Counted from the stretch's first letter, positions 1-8,570 are shown. The stretch is 32,000 nucleotides of DNA from Terriglobales bacterium (GCA_035623335.1 DASPTQ010000124.1:76903-108902), one strand, 5' to 3'. The notes: generated by a model from the sequence alone, not told the origin. Numbers and translations are program-made.

Positions 1-2
1 GG

Positions 3-779
3 AAGCTCCTGGTTTCCGATGGGCAGAAGATCACCCGCGTGGATCCCGATGGCCAGAACCAGACGGTGCTGGTCAGCGACCCGGCTGCAGTTATTGTGGG
101 GTTCTCCCCTTGCGGCAATCGTTACCTGGTGCTTTCCTGGGCTTTCCATCAGGGCAATGCCATCGTCCTTTGGCGCACCAATGCGGATGGCTCCGCTCCC
201 CGCCAACTTACCTCCCGATTCTTTGACATGAGTCCTGTCTGCTCGCCCGATGGAAAGTGGGTGTACTACCTCGATCGGACGGTGAATCGCGTGATGCGCG
301 TGCCGGTCGATGGCGGACAGACAGAAAGCCTTTCTCTCCCCTCAGTCCCCAACAGCTTCGGAATCGACAGCCTCAGCTTTGTCTCTGAGGATGGGAAATA
401 TCTTTCGTTGGTTGTGGACATCAACGACCCAGCCACTTCGGAAGCCGGTGCTCAACTGCAGACGGTGGGTTTGGAGAGCGGTTCAGCCGCTTCCTTTCGC
501 CTGCTACCCCTAGACCGGCGCTTCGCCTCAGCCCGCGCGTTCAACCCGGCGCGGGTTCAATTGCAGCCCGGCGAAAACTCCGTGGTCTACCCGATTGACG
601 AAAATGGCGTCGGCAACCTCTGGGTCCAGCCGCTCGATGGTTCCCCCGGTCACCTACTGACTCACTCCGGCTCAGAGCTGATCACCGATTTCCACTGGTC
701 GCCCGACGGGAAACACCTGGCCGTGGTCCGCGAGCACGATGTCGCCGACGTGGTGCTGCTCAATGAAGGCAAGCCATGA
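3..779 (+). CDS. TolB-like / WD40-like beta-propeller repeat protein, C-terminal part (5' end lies outside the window)
   Basis: The frame is open from the window edge (KLLVSDGQKITRVDPDGQNQTVL...). Propeller-blade idioms recur: CSPDGKWVYYLD, SEDGKYLSLV, FHWSPDGKHLAVV. Stop at 777-779. Confidence 0.6.
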   Translation, partial: KLLVSDGQKITRVDPDGQNQTVLVSDPAAVIVGFSPCGNRYLVLSWAFHQGNAIVLWRTNADGSAPRQLTSRFFDMSPVCSPDGKWVYYLDRTVNRVMRVPVDGGQTESLSLPSVPNSFGIDSLSFVSEDGKYLSLVVDINDPATSEAGAQLQTVGLESGSAASFRLLPLDRRFASARAFNPARVQLQPGENSVVYPIDENGVGNLWVQPLDGSPGHLLTHSGSELITDFHWSPDGKHLAVVREHDVADVVLLNEGKP

Positions 780-875
780 GCCTAGATCTGCCCCCACCGC
801 GACAGACATCGCGAATCTTTCCTGAGCCTCTTAGGCAGCTGGCGAAACGCCTCCTCACTGTTGGCTCGGTGCTCG

Positions 876-2000
876 CTAGGGTGATAACCAGGGAAAGGCA
901 AACCCCCTGAACTTCGGCCAGAGCCGCCGGGTTGGCCGAGATAGCGCCACGTTGGGGTTGAGCAGATGCTGTCCGATGTCGTCGACACCAGCGGCGGTCC
1001 CGGCGTTCGATAACACCACCACAGCGATGCGTTCGTTCGGCTCGTACCCGAGAAAGGATCGGAATCCGCCCGTGCCACCGTTGTGCCAAATCACCTCTTT
1101 ACCATCGCGCGTCGAGATGTGCCAGGCCAGAGCGATTTCCAGTCCTGGAATTCCTGTTGGGTAACGTACGGCGAGCGTGGCTACCATCGCGGCAGCAAGC
1201 GGCGATGGGACATAGCCGAGAACTGCCGCCAGGAAGGTCAACAGGTCGCGAGCGGTGGAGCGCAAGGCACCGGCTCCGGCCAGCGTCGGCAGATCCCACA
1301 TGGGCGTAGGGTGCAAGGCTCGGTCGTATCCTTCCGCCAGTTGCGCCTTCATCTCTTCGGAAAGCGTGATCCGGGTGCTATTCAGGCCGAGAGGATCCGC
1401 AATCCGAGTTCGCACCAACTGCTCATAACTTACCCCTGCGCGGCGCGCCAGAAGATGACCCAGCAATCCTCCCCCCAAGTTTGAATACAAATATTGTGAA
1501 CCGATATCACGCGTCAGCCGACAGCTCGACAGGAATTGATAAAGCTGGTCGATCGAATAGTCGGCATAGGGATTCGCCTGATTCTTAGGACTCAGGTTGG
1601 ACGGAAGGCGAGGCAGGCCGGACCGGTGCGTTGCCAGTTCCTCGAGGGTAATCTGCCTTCCACCACGCCGAGGCATTTTGATCCCGGGAGGCAGGTATTT
1701 TTCCGCGGGATCCGAGAGCGAGATTTCGCCGTGGTCGACCATGTCCGCCAGAACGAGCGAGGTGAATACTTTCGTGGCGGAGCCGATTTCGAAAACGGAA
1801 TTCTCCTTTGGTGTCCGCCGGTCATCCTTACCTAGCCTTCCGTAGGCAAGGATCCTGCGCCCGCTCGGCTCAAGCACCCCGACGACGAGGCCGACGCTTT
1901 GTCTCTGCTGGTCGATTCGCTCGCGGAGAATGCCGCGGATTGCGGAATCAGAGGGCACCGGCGAATCGAGAGGCTCAGTCATTAAGCCTTGGGAAGGCAT
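876..2000 (-). CDS. Serine hydrolase of the beta-lactamase/transpeptidase-like (class C-type) family
   Basis: S-x-x-K motif (FEIGSATKVFTS), Y-S-N motif (YLYSNLGGG) and an H-N-G-type third motif (WHNGGTGGF). No obvious signal peptide. The start could be the internal Met at 1982. Confidence 0.8.
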   Translation of the reverse strand: MPSQGLMTEPLDSPVPSDSAIRGILRERIDQQRQSVGLVVGVLEPSGRRILAYGRLGKDDRRTPKENSVFEIGSATKVFTSLVLADMVDHGEISLSDPAEKYLPPGIKMPRRGGRQITLEELATHRSGLPRLPSNLSPKNQANPYADYSIDQLYQFLSSCRLTRDIGSQYLYSNLGGGLLGHLLARRAGVSYEQLVRTRIADPLGLNSTRITLSEEMKAQLAEGYDRALHPTPMWDLPTLAGAGALRSTARDLLTFLAAVLGYVPSPLAAAMVATLAVRYPTGIPGLEIALAWHISTRDGKEVIWHNGGTGGFRSFLGYEPNERIAVVVLSNAGTAAGVDDIGQHLLNPNVALSRPTRRLWPKFRGFAFPWLSP

Positions 2001-2103
2001 CGGAGGTGTCTAGAGCTTTCTGGGAAGGGAGTAAAGGGTACAATCATTCGAACCCTAGGCTATCTTCAGCGGTGGGGTGAAACTAGCATCGCGAGACTTA
2101 CCT

Positions 2104-3681
2104 CTAGCGTACCTCCCAAACGGTATCGAGTACCGTGCCGTCGACCCATTTGACAACGGCGACGGGGCGCTGGCTCCGTCTGCGGCGGGCCGGCTCGCCG
2201 CCACAGATACGCTCGACTTCTTTCTTGATGTCCTGAATCGGCCGGATGGGTAAGTCTGACCCTTTCACGGCGTCCACGAGATCTTGGCGGCGAGGGTTGA
2301 TGGCAATGCCCCGCTCGGTGACCACCACGTCGATCAACTCGCCCGGCCCGGTGAGGGTGGTTACCTCGTCCACGATCACCGGGATGCGGTCGCGAAAGGA
2401 CGGCAGGGCGAGGATCGTGCAGCCAGCCGCCAGGCAATTCTGCCATCCTCCAATGCCGTGCAGGAGCCGGCCGTCGGAGTGCGTCACCACGTTGGCGTTG
2501 AAGTGAACGTCGACTTCGGTCGCGCCCAGAACGACCGCGTCCACCATCGAGGCAAAGTTGCCTTTCCCGTGGTAATTGTAGGAAGTGAACGGCGATGTGG
2601 CCACGTGGCGGGGATCGCTGGCAATCGATTTCACGCCATCCAGGTCGAAGGTCTGGCCATCGAGGATGTAATCGGTCAATCCTTCCTGCAACAACTCCAC
2701 CAGATAGCGCGTGGATCCGCCGCGAACAAAACGCGCTTTCACTCCATCCTGTTTCATCAGGCGGCGCAGGTAATCGACGAAGGCGAGCGCGATCCCCCCG
2801 GCTCCCGCTTGGAACGAAAAGCCGTTGCGCATGATGCCGGACTCGCGCAGAAAGCCGGCCACCAGCTCGGCAATGCGCAGCCGGTCCGGAGAGCGCGTGA
2901 TCTCGGTGGTTCCGGAGACGATCTTGGACGGATCTCCGATCGAATCCACCACCACCACGAAATCCACGTTATTTCCCTGAATCTGCCAAGGGATACAAGG
3001 GAAAGGAACCAGAGTATCCGTGACCACGATGACGCGGTCGGCATAGACCGAGTCCGCCAGCGCGAATCCGAGCGAACCGCAGGCCGACTTGCCGTGGGAA
3101 CCGTCGGCATTGCCGAAGGTGTCGGCGGTAGGGGCGGCGATGATGGCAATGTCGATGTGCACCTCGCCATCCTGGATCGCCTGCCAACGGCCGCCGTGGG
3201 AACGCAACACGCCCAAGCCGCGCATTTTGCCTTGCGTGCAATAATCGCCCAGCGGGCCGTTCAGGCTGCCTTCGATATGGTGAATGACGCCGTTGGCCAT
3301 CAACTCGATGGCTCCCTTTTGCGAAGGGAAAGAGGCGCTGGGAAACCAGGTCAGGTCCTTGGCACCCAGGCGCGCCGCCGCCTCGAGCGCCAGCAAGGCG
3401 ACCCGGTCGCCGTCGCGAAGGTGATGGTGGCTGGAGATCACCATTCCGTCTTCCAAGCCGCAATTGCGCAGCGCAGTTTGAAGATCCGGCACCTGCTTGT
3501 CGCCGTTTTCCGGGTAGGCGCTGCTCGAGCGCACGGGAGGGCCGGCCTTTCGGCCGTGCGGTCGGTATTGCCCCACCCCCAAATAGGGAACTTGGGGCTT
3601 GCTGTTGACCATGGTCGGGACCATGCGTCCCATGGCATTTTGCGCGAAATCGGAGCGAGCCGACACTTGCTTCCCCACCAC
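2104..3681 (-). CDS. citF: Citrate lyase alpha subunit (citrate CoA-transferase)
   Basis: 525 aa and collinear with my recollection of E. coli CitF: SSHHHLRDGD (cf. SFHHHFREGD), LRSHGGR, FGNADGSHGKSACGSLG, FSFQAGAGG, VVTERGIAINP, and a C-terminal VAVVKWVDGTVLD. Confidence 0.85.
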   Translation of the reverse strand: MVGKQVSARSDFAQNAMGRMVPTMVNSKPQVPYLGVGQYRPHGRKAGPPVRSSSAYPENGDKQVPDLQTALRNCGLEDGMVISSHHHLRDGDRVALLALEAAARLGAKDLTWFPSASFPSQKGAIELMANGVIHHIEGSLNGPLGDYCTQGKMRGLGVLRSHGGRWQAIQDGEVHIDIAIIAAPTADTFGNADGSHGKSACGSLGFALADSVYADRVIVVTDTLVPFPCIPWQIQGNNVDFVVVVDSIGDPSKIVSGTTEITRSPDRLRIAELVAGFLRESGIMRNGFSFQAGAGGIALAFVDYLRRLMKQDGVKARFVRGGSTRYLVELLQEGLTDYILDGQTFDLDGVKSIASDPRHVATSPFTSYNYHGKGNFASMVDAVVLGATEVDVHFNANVVTHSDGRLLHGIGGWQNCLAAGCTILALPSFRDRIPVIVDEVTTLTGPGELIDVVVTERGIAINPRRQDLVDAVKGSDLPIRPIQDIKKEVERICGGEPARRRRSQRPVAVVKWVDGTVLDTVWEVR

Positions 3682-3720
3682 TGAATCACCCCACCCTAGT
3701 ACCCAAAGGAGACCCGAAAC

Positions 3721-4968
3721 TTAGGCCTTTGCCTGTTTGGCTCGCGCCACCAGCTTGCGCGCGCGTTCGACGACGGGAGGATCGATCATCTTTGACCCCA
3801 GACTGACCACGCCCAAGCCGCGCCGCTCAGCCTCCTCAAAGGCGGTCACAATCTTCATGGCCTTCTCGATTTCAGCCGGCGACGGTTGAAAGGCTTGGTG
3901 AACCACCCGAATCTGGCTGGGATGAATGCACCCCATGCCATCGAACCCCAGGGCGCGAGACTGCTCCGCCCAGCGAGCCAGCCCCTCCAGGTCGGCAACG
4001 TCGGGAAAAACCGAATCGCTGGCCTGAAGGGCGGCGGCTTTTGCGGCGTTCACCAGGCGGGCGCGCGCATAGAAGGATTCCCGCCCTTCCGAGGTTTTCA
4101 CCACCCCGACGTCCGCCGTGTAGTCCTCAAGGCCAATGGTCAGCCCAACGACATTGGGAGAGGCAGTGGCAATGGCGAATGCGTTTTCGATTCCGAGCGC
4201 CGATTCGAGGATCGGCAGTATCCAGACCGGGCGGTCGAGCCCGTGACGAGTTTTCAACTCGCCGATCGCACCATCCACTTCCACCAGCTGTTCGGGCCGT
4301 TCGGCTTTGGGAAGAAGCACAAGGTCGGGTGCTTCGGGAATCACTTCGCGCAAATCTTCGAGCCCGAGAGGCAGGGGATTGATCCTCACCGTGCGCTCGC
4401 AGCCGGCGAAATCGACTGCCCGCAGGGCGTTGCGCACCAGGATTCGGGCGGCGTCCTTTTCGGCATGATGAACCGAATCTTCAAGATCCAAGATGATGGC
4501 GTCGGGCGCCTGCAATCCGGCGTTCACGAAGTACTTGGGTTCTGCACCCGGCAGATACAGGCGGGAGCGCCGCAGGCGATCCCGGGGCGAAGGCTCAGGA
4601 AGCGGAATCTTCTCCGGCAGAGCTGGGCTGCCGTTCCCCAGGCCGGCCCGCTTCGCCGCCGTCTCCAGGCGCGCAGAGATGACGAACGGGAGCGCGCCCT
4701 CGTCATGAATCGCCACCCGGGCGTGCTTGACCCCGAGATTCTCGAGAACGGCGCGTGCCTGGCGGAGGATGGAATCTCCGTAGTAGGGGCCGACCCGCGA
4801 TTCGAGCGCAATCTCCAACCCGCCACGTTCGCGGGGCTCAATCCCGACATGCAGGTCGGAACGGACATCTTTGCCCCAACGTCCCGCCTCGGCCACGGAG
4901 ACATCCGTGATCGCATTCGAGCTGCTCATTCCAAATGACACAGTACTTGCCGAACCCCGCGGAGTCAA
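3721..4968 (-). CDS. citE: Fused citrate lyase acyl-carrier (CitD-like, N-terminal ~100 aa) and citrate/citryl-CoA lyase beta subunit (CitE-like)
   Basis: The N-terminal part has HDEGALPFVISARLETAAKRAG (cf. CitD [21 protein letters not shown]) and a candidate prosthetic-group Ser in VRSDLHVGIEP. A Pro-rich linker follows (ALPEKIPLPEPSPRD). The CitE part has RLRRSRLYLPGAEPKY, ILDLEDSV and HPSQI. Start is uncertain: TTG at 4968 or ATG at 4929. Confidence 0.75.
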   Translation of the reverse strand: MTPRGSASTVSFGMSSSNAITDVSVAEAGRWGKDVRSDLHVGIEPRERGGLEIALESRVGPYYGDSILRQARAVLENLGVKHARVAIHDEGALPFVISARLETAAKRAGLGNGSPALPEKIPLPEPSPRDRLRRSRLYLPGAEPKYFVNAGLQAPDAIILDLEDSVHHAEKDAARILVRNALRAVDFAGCERTVRINPLPLGLEDLREVIPEAPDLVLLPKAERPEQLVEVDGAIGELKTRHGLDRPVWILPILESALGIENAFAIATASPNVVGLTIGLEDYTADVGVVKTSEGRESFYARARLVNAAKAAALQASDSVFPDVADLEGLARWAEQSRALGFDGMGCIHPSQIRVVHQAFQPSPAEIEKAMKIVTAFEEAERRGLGVVSLGSKMIDPPVVERARKLVARAKQAKA

Positions 4969-5101
4969 GATATGGCGGCAAGGACTCGCCCAGGCTGAAG
5001 GCCAAGCACAAGGTCTTCGCCAACCAAGGGCGGTCGAGCGGAAAGAAACGTGGACTAAGGCAATCGAATCTCGTCGAGCCTTTCGCAGGCTTCGAGGTGC
5101 T

Positions 5102-6199
5102 TTACTTCAGATGATCGCCCAGTTTCCCGGCGCCGAGGGGATTGGTCATCGCTTCCACCTCCTCGAAGTCAGTCTTTCCGTCTCCATCCGTGTCGGGATT
5201 GTTGGCGCTGGTGTTGAAGAATTGGATCTCCTGCAAATCAGACAGGCCGTCTCCGTCGGAGTCGAGAGCATAGATATTGATCCCGGGGATGAAATCATAG
5301 TCCTCAATCTTGTGGAAGCACTGCTGTTTGGCCTCGGGCAGCACCTTGCTGTTCTCGATGGACTGGCAAATCTGCGGATCACCGATCAGTTCGACCACGT
5401 TCAGCTTGCACTGCGTCTGTTGCATCTTGATGTTGTCGGCGAAGAAGGCCTTTTGCTGTGCCGGAACCAGATTGCCAATGCGGTCGCACAAGCTGGCCTT
5501 CCGCCGCAGCTGTCGAAAACAGCTCCAATGAGCGTTTTCATTCATCCCCTGCAACGGTGGCTCCCCCGGCACAACGTTCTCTTGTGAAAAATTACAGTGG
5601 AACTGCACGCCCTGGTATTTCTGCTCCTGGGCGCTGTCGATGGCTTCGAAAAGCGGCCGGGGATCGTTGTACGTAAAAGACTTCGTCCGGTAAAGCTTCC
5701 ACTCGCCGCGGATTCGCTTGAAGAGCAGGAGCTCGTATTGCCGCTTCTGGATCGGCCGGTTGTTGGCCAATCGGAATCCTTTGGGCACCTGGCTTGGATC
5801 AACCTTCATTTGGAATAGGTCTCCGCGGCTATAGCCCTGGATGGCAAGTACTCCCCGGTCTCCCACTATTTTTTCATTGACGAACTCGACCGACTCCGGC
5901 TGAGTTTTGTCGAGCAGGTCGAGCAGCGCACTCTGCTGCTTCTCGTCCATCCCATCCTTCAGCTTCGCCAGCTGCTGCTTGCCCGTCGAGTCCGCGGAAA
6001 GTGCCAGCAGTTTGTCCACATCGTGGGTCTCGATCGCGATGAGATAGTGGTGGTACACGGAGAAAAGAACGCTTGCGCGCGGCGGCCTAGATTGCGCTTC
6101 GAGGCCGGTTGCCACAACCAGCAACCAGAGCAAACCAATCGAGCCTGTCTTGCGGCCGGACACAGCTGAACACCAGGCGTTCGATCGAGCCGAGGGCAT
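5102..6199 (-). CDS. Exported hypothetical protein with C-terminal thrombospondin-type-3-like Ca-binding repeats
   Basis: The Met at 6199 gives a signal-like N-terminus (MPSARSNAW...GLLWLLVVATGLEAQS); the ORF track starts at GTG 6232. The middle region carries six Cys. The C-terminus has DSDGDGLSDLQE and NPDTDGDGKTDFEE (DxDxDG repeats). GC is lower than in flanking genes. Confidence 0.6.
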   Translation of the reverse strand: MPSARSNAWCSAVSGRKTGSIGLLWLLVVATGLEAQSRPPRASVLFSVYHHYLIAIETHDVDKLLALSADSTGKQQLAKLKDGMDEKQQSALLDLLDKTQPESVEFVNEKIVGDRGVLAIQGYSRGDLFQMKVDPSQVPKGFRLANNRPIQKRQYELLLFKRIRGEWKLYRTKSFTYNDPRPLFEAIDSAQEQKYQGVQFHCNFSQENVVPGEPPLQGMNENAHWSCFRQLRRKASLCDRIGNLVPAQQKAFFADNIKMQQTQCKLNVVELIGDPQICQSIENSKVLPEAKQQCFHKIEDYDFIPGINIYALDSDGDGLSDLQEIQFFNTSANNPDTDGDGKTDFEEVEAMTNPLGAGKLGDHLK

Positions 6200-6458
6200 G
6201 CGCGCATCGTAGGGTAGCGGCCAAAGCGTCACAAGTTACGTTCGTGTTTTGCCCGATCCGACGGACGCCGTCAGACAACGGGATCGCACCCGCCGGCGCG
6301 GACCATGAACAGCGGATTCCTGAGACACACCCCTAGGTGGTGGTGCTGACCACGGTTGGTCGGCACGGGACAACCGCAACTCTGGGGTGCGGAATCAGAA
6401 GATAGGGCCGGTCGCTAAGGGACGAAATTCGCACAGCCACTGTCGTATTTTGCTGTTG

Positions 6459-6476
6459 ACAAAAGGAACGTTTTGT
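6459..6476. promoter_or_regulatory. 18-bp near-perfect palindrome ACAAAAGG-AA-CGTTTTGT, 37 nt upstream of the recombinase ATG; candidate recombinase binding/crossover or operator site
   Basis: The arms match 7 of 8 around a central AA dinucleotide. A TTGACA hexamer (6456-6461) overlaps the left arm. Confidence 0.4.
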
Positions 6477-6512
6477 GAGGGACTGCGTACAAGGGCTCGG
6501 AGGCAGCGAGAA

Positions 6513-7097
6513 ATGGCGAACTGGGTGATCTACGGCAGGGTGAGCAAGACCAAGCAGGATAAGGAAAATCAGCTGACCGAACTGCGGGAGTTCGCGCAAA
6601 AGCAGGGATGGGCGGTCAAGCACGAGTACCTCGATACCATGCGCGGTTCGGGCAAGAGGTCCCGAGTACAGTTCGACGCCATGATGAGCGCAGCCCTCCG
6701 GCAGGAGTTTGATGGGATCCTGTTCTGGAAATTGGACAGATTCAGCCGCGAGGGCGTCCGCAAGACTCTCTTCTACTTGAGTCAGTTGGACGGCTCTAAG
6801 GTGGCCTGGCGGTCCTACCAGGAGCCTTGGTTTGATTCCTGTGGGCCATTCAAAGACGCTGTCATTTCGATCATGGCGACCTTGGCCGAACAGGAACGCA
6901 TTTCGATCAGCGAGCGCACCAAGGCTGGACTGCGGAGCGCGCTGCGCAAGGGGAAAAAGCTGGGACGCCCGATGGCCGACCTCGACATGCACAAGGTTCA
7001 TAAATTACGCGAGCAGGGTTTAAGCCTTAGAGCCATCGGTAACAAGGTGGGATGGTCCGCGGCACTGATTGCGAAGAGACTTGTAGGTGCACAATGA
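6513..7097 (+). CDS. Small serine recombinase (resolvase/invertase family) with C-terminal HTH
   Basis: N-terminal catalytic motif VIYGRVSKTKQDKENQ, then LDRFSREG, LAEQERISISERTKAGL and GKKLGRP. The C-terminal HTH reads GLSLRAIGNKVGWSAALIAKRL. ATG at 6513, with GGAGG at 6499-6503. Confidence 0.85.
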   Translation: MANWVIYGRVSKTKQDKENQLTELREFAQKQGWAVKHEYLDTMRGSGKRSRVQFDAMMSAALRQEFDGILFWKLDRFSREGVRKTLFYLSQLDGSKVAWRSYQEPWFDSCGPFKDAVISIMATLAEQERISISERTKAGLRSALRKGKKLGRPMADLDMHKVHKLREQGLSLRAIGNKVGWSAALIAKRLVGAQ

Positions 7098-7285
7098 CTA
7101 GGGAACAGCTCTTGAAACGATTGGCCGACATCGCCGCCAAAGAAAAGCGCGATCGTCTGTCACCGGCCGAAGTGTTGCAAGCGCAGCTGAAGCTGATTCT
7201 TCGCAACTACGAGGAGAACGTCCGCGCGAATCAATCCTTGTGCATCCAGAGTGGCGGGCATCGCGCCCTCCATCACTGCGACTAA
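7094..7285 (+). CDS. Small hypothetical protein (63 aa), start overlaps the recombinase stop (ATGA)
   Basis: ATG 7094-7096 overlaps TGA 7095-7097. The predicted sequence is helical and charged (MTREQLLKRLADIAAKEKRDRLSPAEVLQAQLKLILRNYEENV...). I recognise no family. Confidence 0.35.
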   Translation: MTREQLLKRLADIAAKEKRDRLSPAEVLQAQLKLILRNYEENVRANQSLCIQSGGHRALHHCD

Positions 7286-7302
7286 AGAGGCGACCTCGGG
7301 GT

Positions 7303-7369
7303 AGCCCAAGGATTTGGGCTTTCCGTGGCGTCCGCCTGGCTACCGCCGCGATGCTGGTCGTCGCGGCGG
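7303..7369. terminator. Two hairpins between convergent genes (possible bidirectional terminator region)
   Basis: AGCCCAA-GGAT-TTGGGCT (7303-7320; 7-bp stem). CCGCCGCGA-(9 nt)-TCGCGGCGG (7343-7369; 9-bp perfect stem). No strong U-tract on either strand. Confidence 0.3.
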
Positions 7370-7382
7370 CCTATCGTTCTGG

Positions 7383-8570
7383 TTATTGTAATTTTCCGAG
7401 AATTGCGTCGGTCATCTGATGGGTGGAAGCTGCGCCTTGGCCGATGGCTTTGGGTCCTCCGGCTAGCCGCAGCATGTCATAGGTACGCACTTTGCCTTCT
7501 CGCACGACGGCGGCAATGGCCGTGCGGATGCGCTCGGCCTTGGCACCTTCGCCAAGATGGTCGAGCATCATGGCCGCGGAAAGGATCATGGCGATCGGAT
7601 TCACGATCGGGGGGTCAAGTTCGGCATATTTTGGGGCCGAACCGTGGGTAGGTTCAAAGACTGCCACCTCCTCGCCGATATTTCCCGAAGCGGCAAAGCC
7701 TAAACCACCGACCAAGCCGGCGAAGGCGTCCGACAAAATGTCGCCAAACAGATTCGAGGCCACAATCACGTTGTAGTCCTCAGGGTTCTTGTTGAGCCAC
7801 ATCAACTGGGCGTCGATGTTCGTTGACCAGAGGGCAATGCCGGGATAACCCTTGGCTACCTCCTTGGCCGTCTCCTCCATCATGCCCGAGGTTTCGCGCA
7901 GCACATTGGGCTTCTCACAGATGGTAATCCCGGCGAAGCCCCGCTTCTTGGCGTACTCGAAGGCGGCGGTGACAATGCGGCGGGCGGCACCGCGAGTGAT
8001 GAGGCGCACACTCACCGCGAGATCAGGACCGGGCACCTGGGCAAACGCCTTGAACTTGGCATGGCTTGCCAGCGCCGAGCGGACATTCTCCGGGGGGTTC
8101 GTCCACTCGATTCCGGCGTACATGCCCTCGGTATTCTGGCGAAAGACCGTGGTGTCGATGGTCGGCTCCTCGAAGCCGGTTCCCCGGTTCTTGCGAATGT
8201 AGTTGAGGGGATTGCCGGGAAAACCGACGCAGGGGCGCATGCAGACGTCGAGATTGAAGCGCTGCCGCATGGTAACGATGGGGCTGTAATAGACGTAGCC
8301 TTTCCCCCGCAGTTCCGGCTTCAGTTCAGCCTGCGCCTCCCGGTTGGGCTTCGAGGTGATGGCGCCGAACAGGCCCAGCCGGTGTTTGGCCAGCAGATCG
8401 ATGGTGCGCTCCGGCAGAGCATTGCCTTCCTTCCGCCAGCACTCCCAGCCAATATCGGCGGGCAGGTACTCGGCGTCGAAGCCGACAGCCTTCAGAACCC
8501 GCAACGCCTCGGGCAGAACCTGATTGCCAATACCGTCACCGGGCATGGTGACCACGCTGCGTTTCGCCAT
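7383..8570 (-). CDS. Beta-decarboxylating dehydrogenase of the isocitrate/isopropylmalate/homoisocitrate dehydrogenase family (substrate not assignable)
   Basis: N-terminal MPGDGIGNQV, then MRQRFNLDVCMRP, NLFGDILSD and FEPTHGSAPKYA. AAGGAGG lies upstream of the ATG. Confidence 0.8.
   Translation of the reverse strand: MAKRSVVTMPGDGIGNQVLPEALRVLKAVGFDAEYLPADIGWECWRKEGNALPERTIDLLAKHRLGLFGAITSKPNREAQAELKPELRGKGYVYYSPIVTMRQRFNLDVCMRPCVGFPGNPLNYIRKNRGTGFEEPTIDTTVFRQNTEGMYAGIEWTNPPENVRSALASHAKFKAFAQVPGPDLAVSVRLITRGAARRIVTAAFEYAKKRGFAGITICEKPNVLRETSGMMEETAKEVAKGYPGIALWSTNIDAQLMWLNKNPEDYNVIVASNLFGDILSDAFAGLVGGLGFAASGNIGEEVAVFEPTHGSAPKYAELDPPIVNPIAMILSAAMMLDHLGEGAKAERIRTAIAAVVREGKVRTYDMLRLAGGPKAIGQGAASTHQMTDAILGKLQ

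Noticed and set aside
2041-2060. tRNA T-arm-like GGGTTCGAATG on the minus strand.
   Set aside because: The flanking bases do not form a T-stem, and no acceptor, D or anticodon arms can be drawn. I saw no tRNA anywhere in the window.
2284-3684. Very long ORFs antisense to, or out of frame with, called genes. Examples: 2284-3684(+) 466 aa; 3886-4938(+) 350 aa; 8716-9618(+); 10636-11652(-) 338 aa; 6333-7001(-); 17069-18148(+) 359 aa; 20420-21256(-).
   Set aside because: They overlap genes with clear family motifs. Their translations are Arg/Gly/Pro/His-rich low-complexity strings with no recognisable motifs. Such shadow ORFs are expected in high-GC DNA.
6314-6365. TPP-riboswitch-like words (CUGAGA ... 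ACCC ... CUGACC) and a GCCACTG 'B12-box-like' word at 6436-6442, both upstream of the recombinase.
   Set aside because: These are isolated short matches only. The remaining conserved cores are missing, and the genomic context (a recombinase) makes no sense for either riboswitch.
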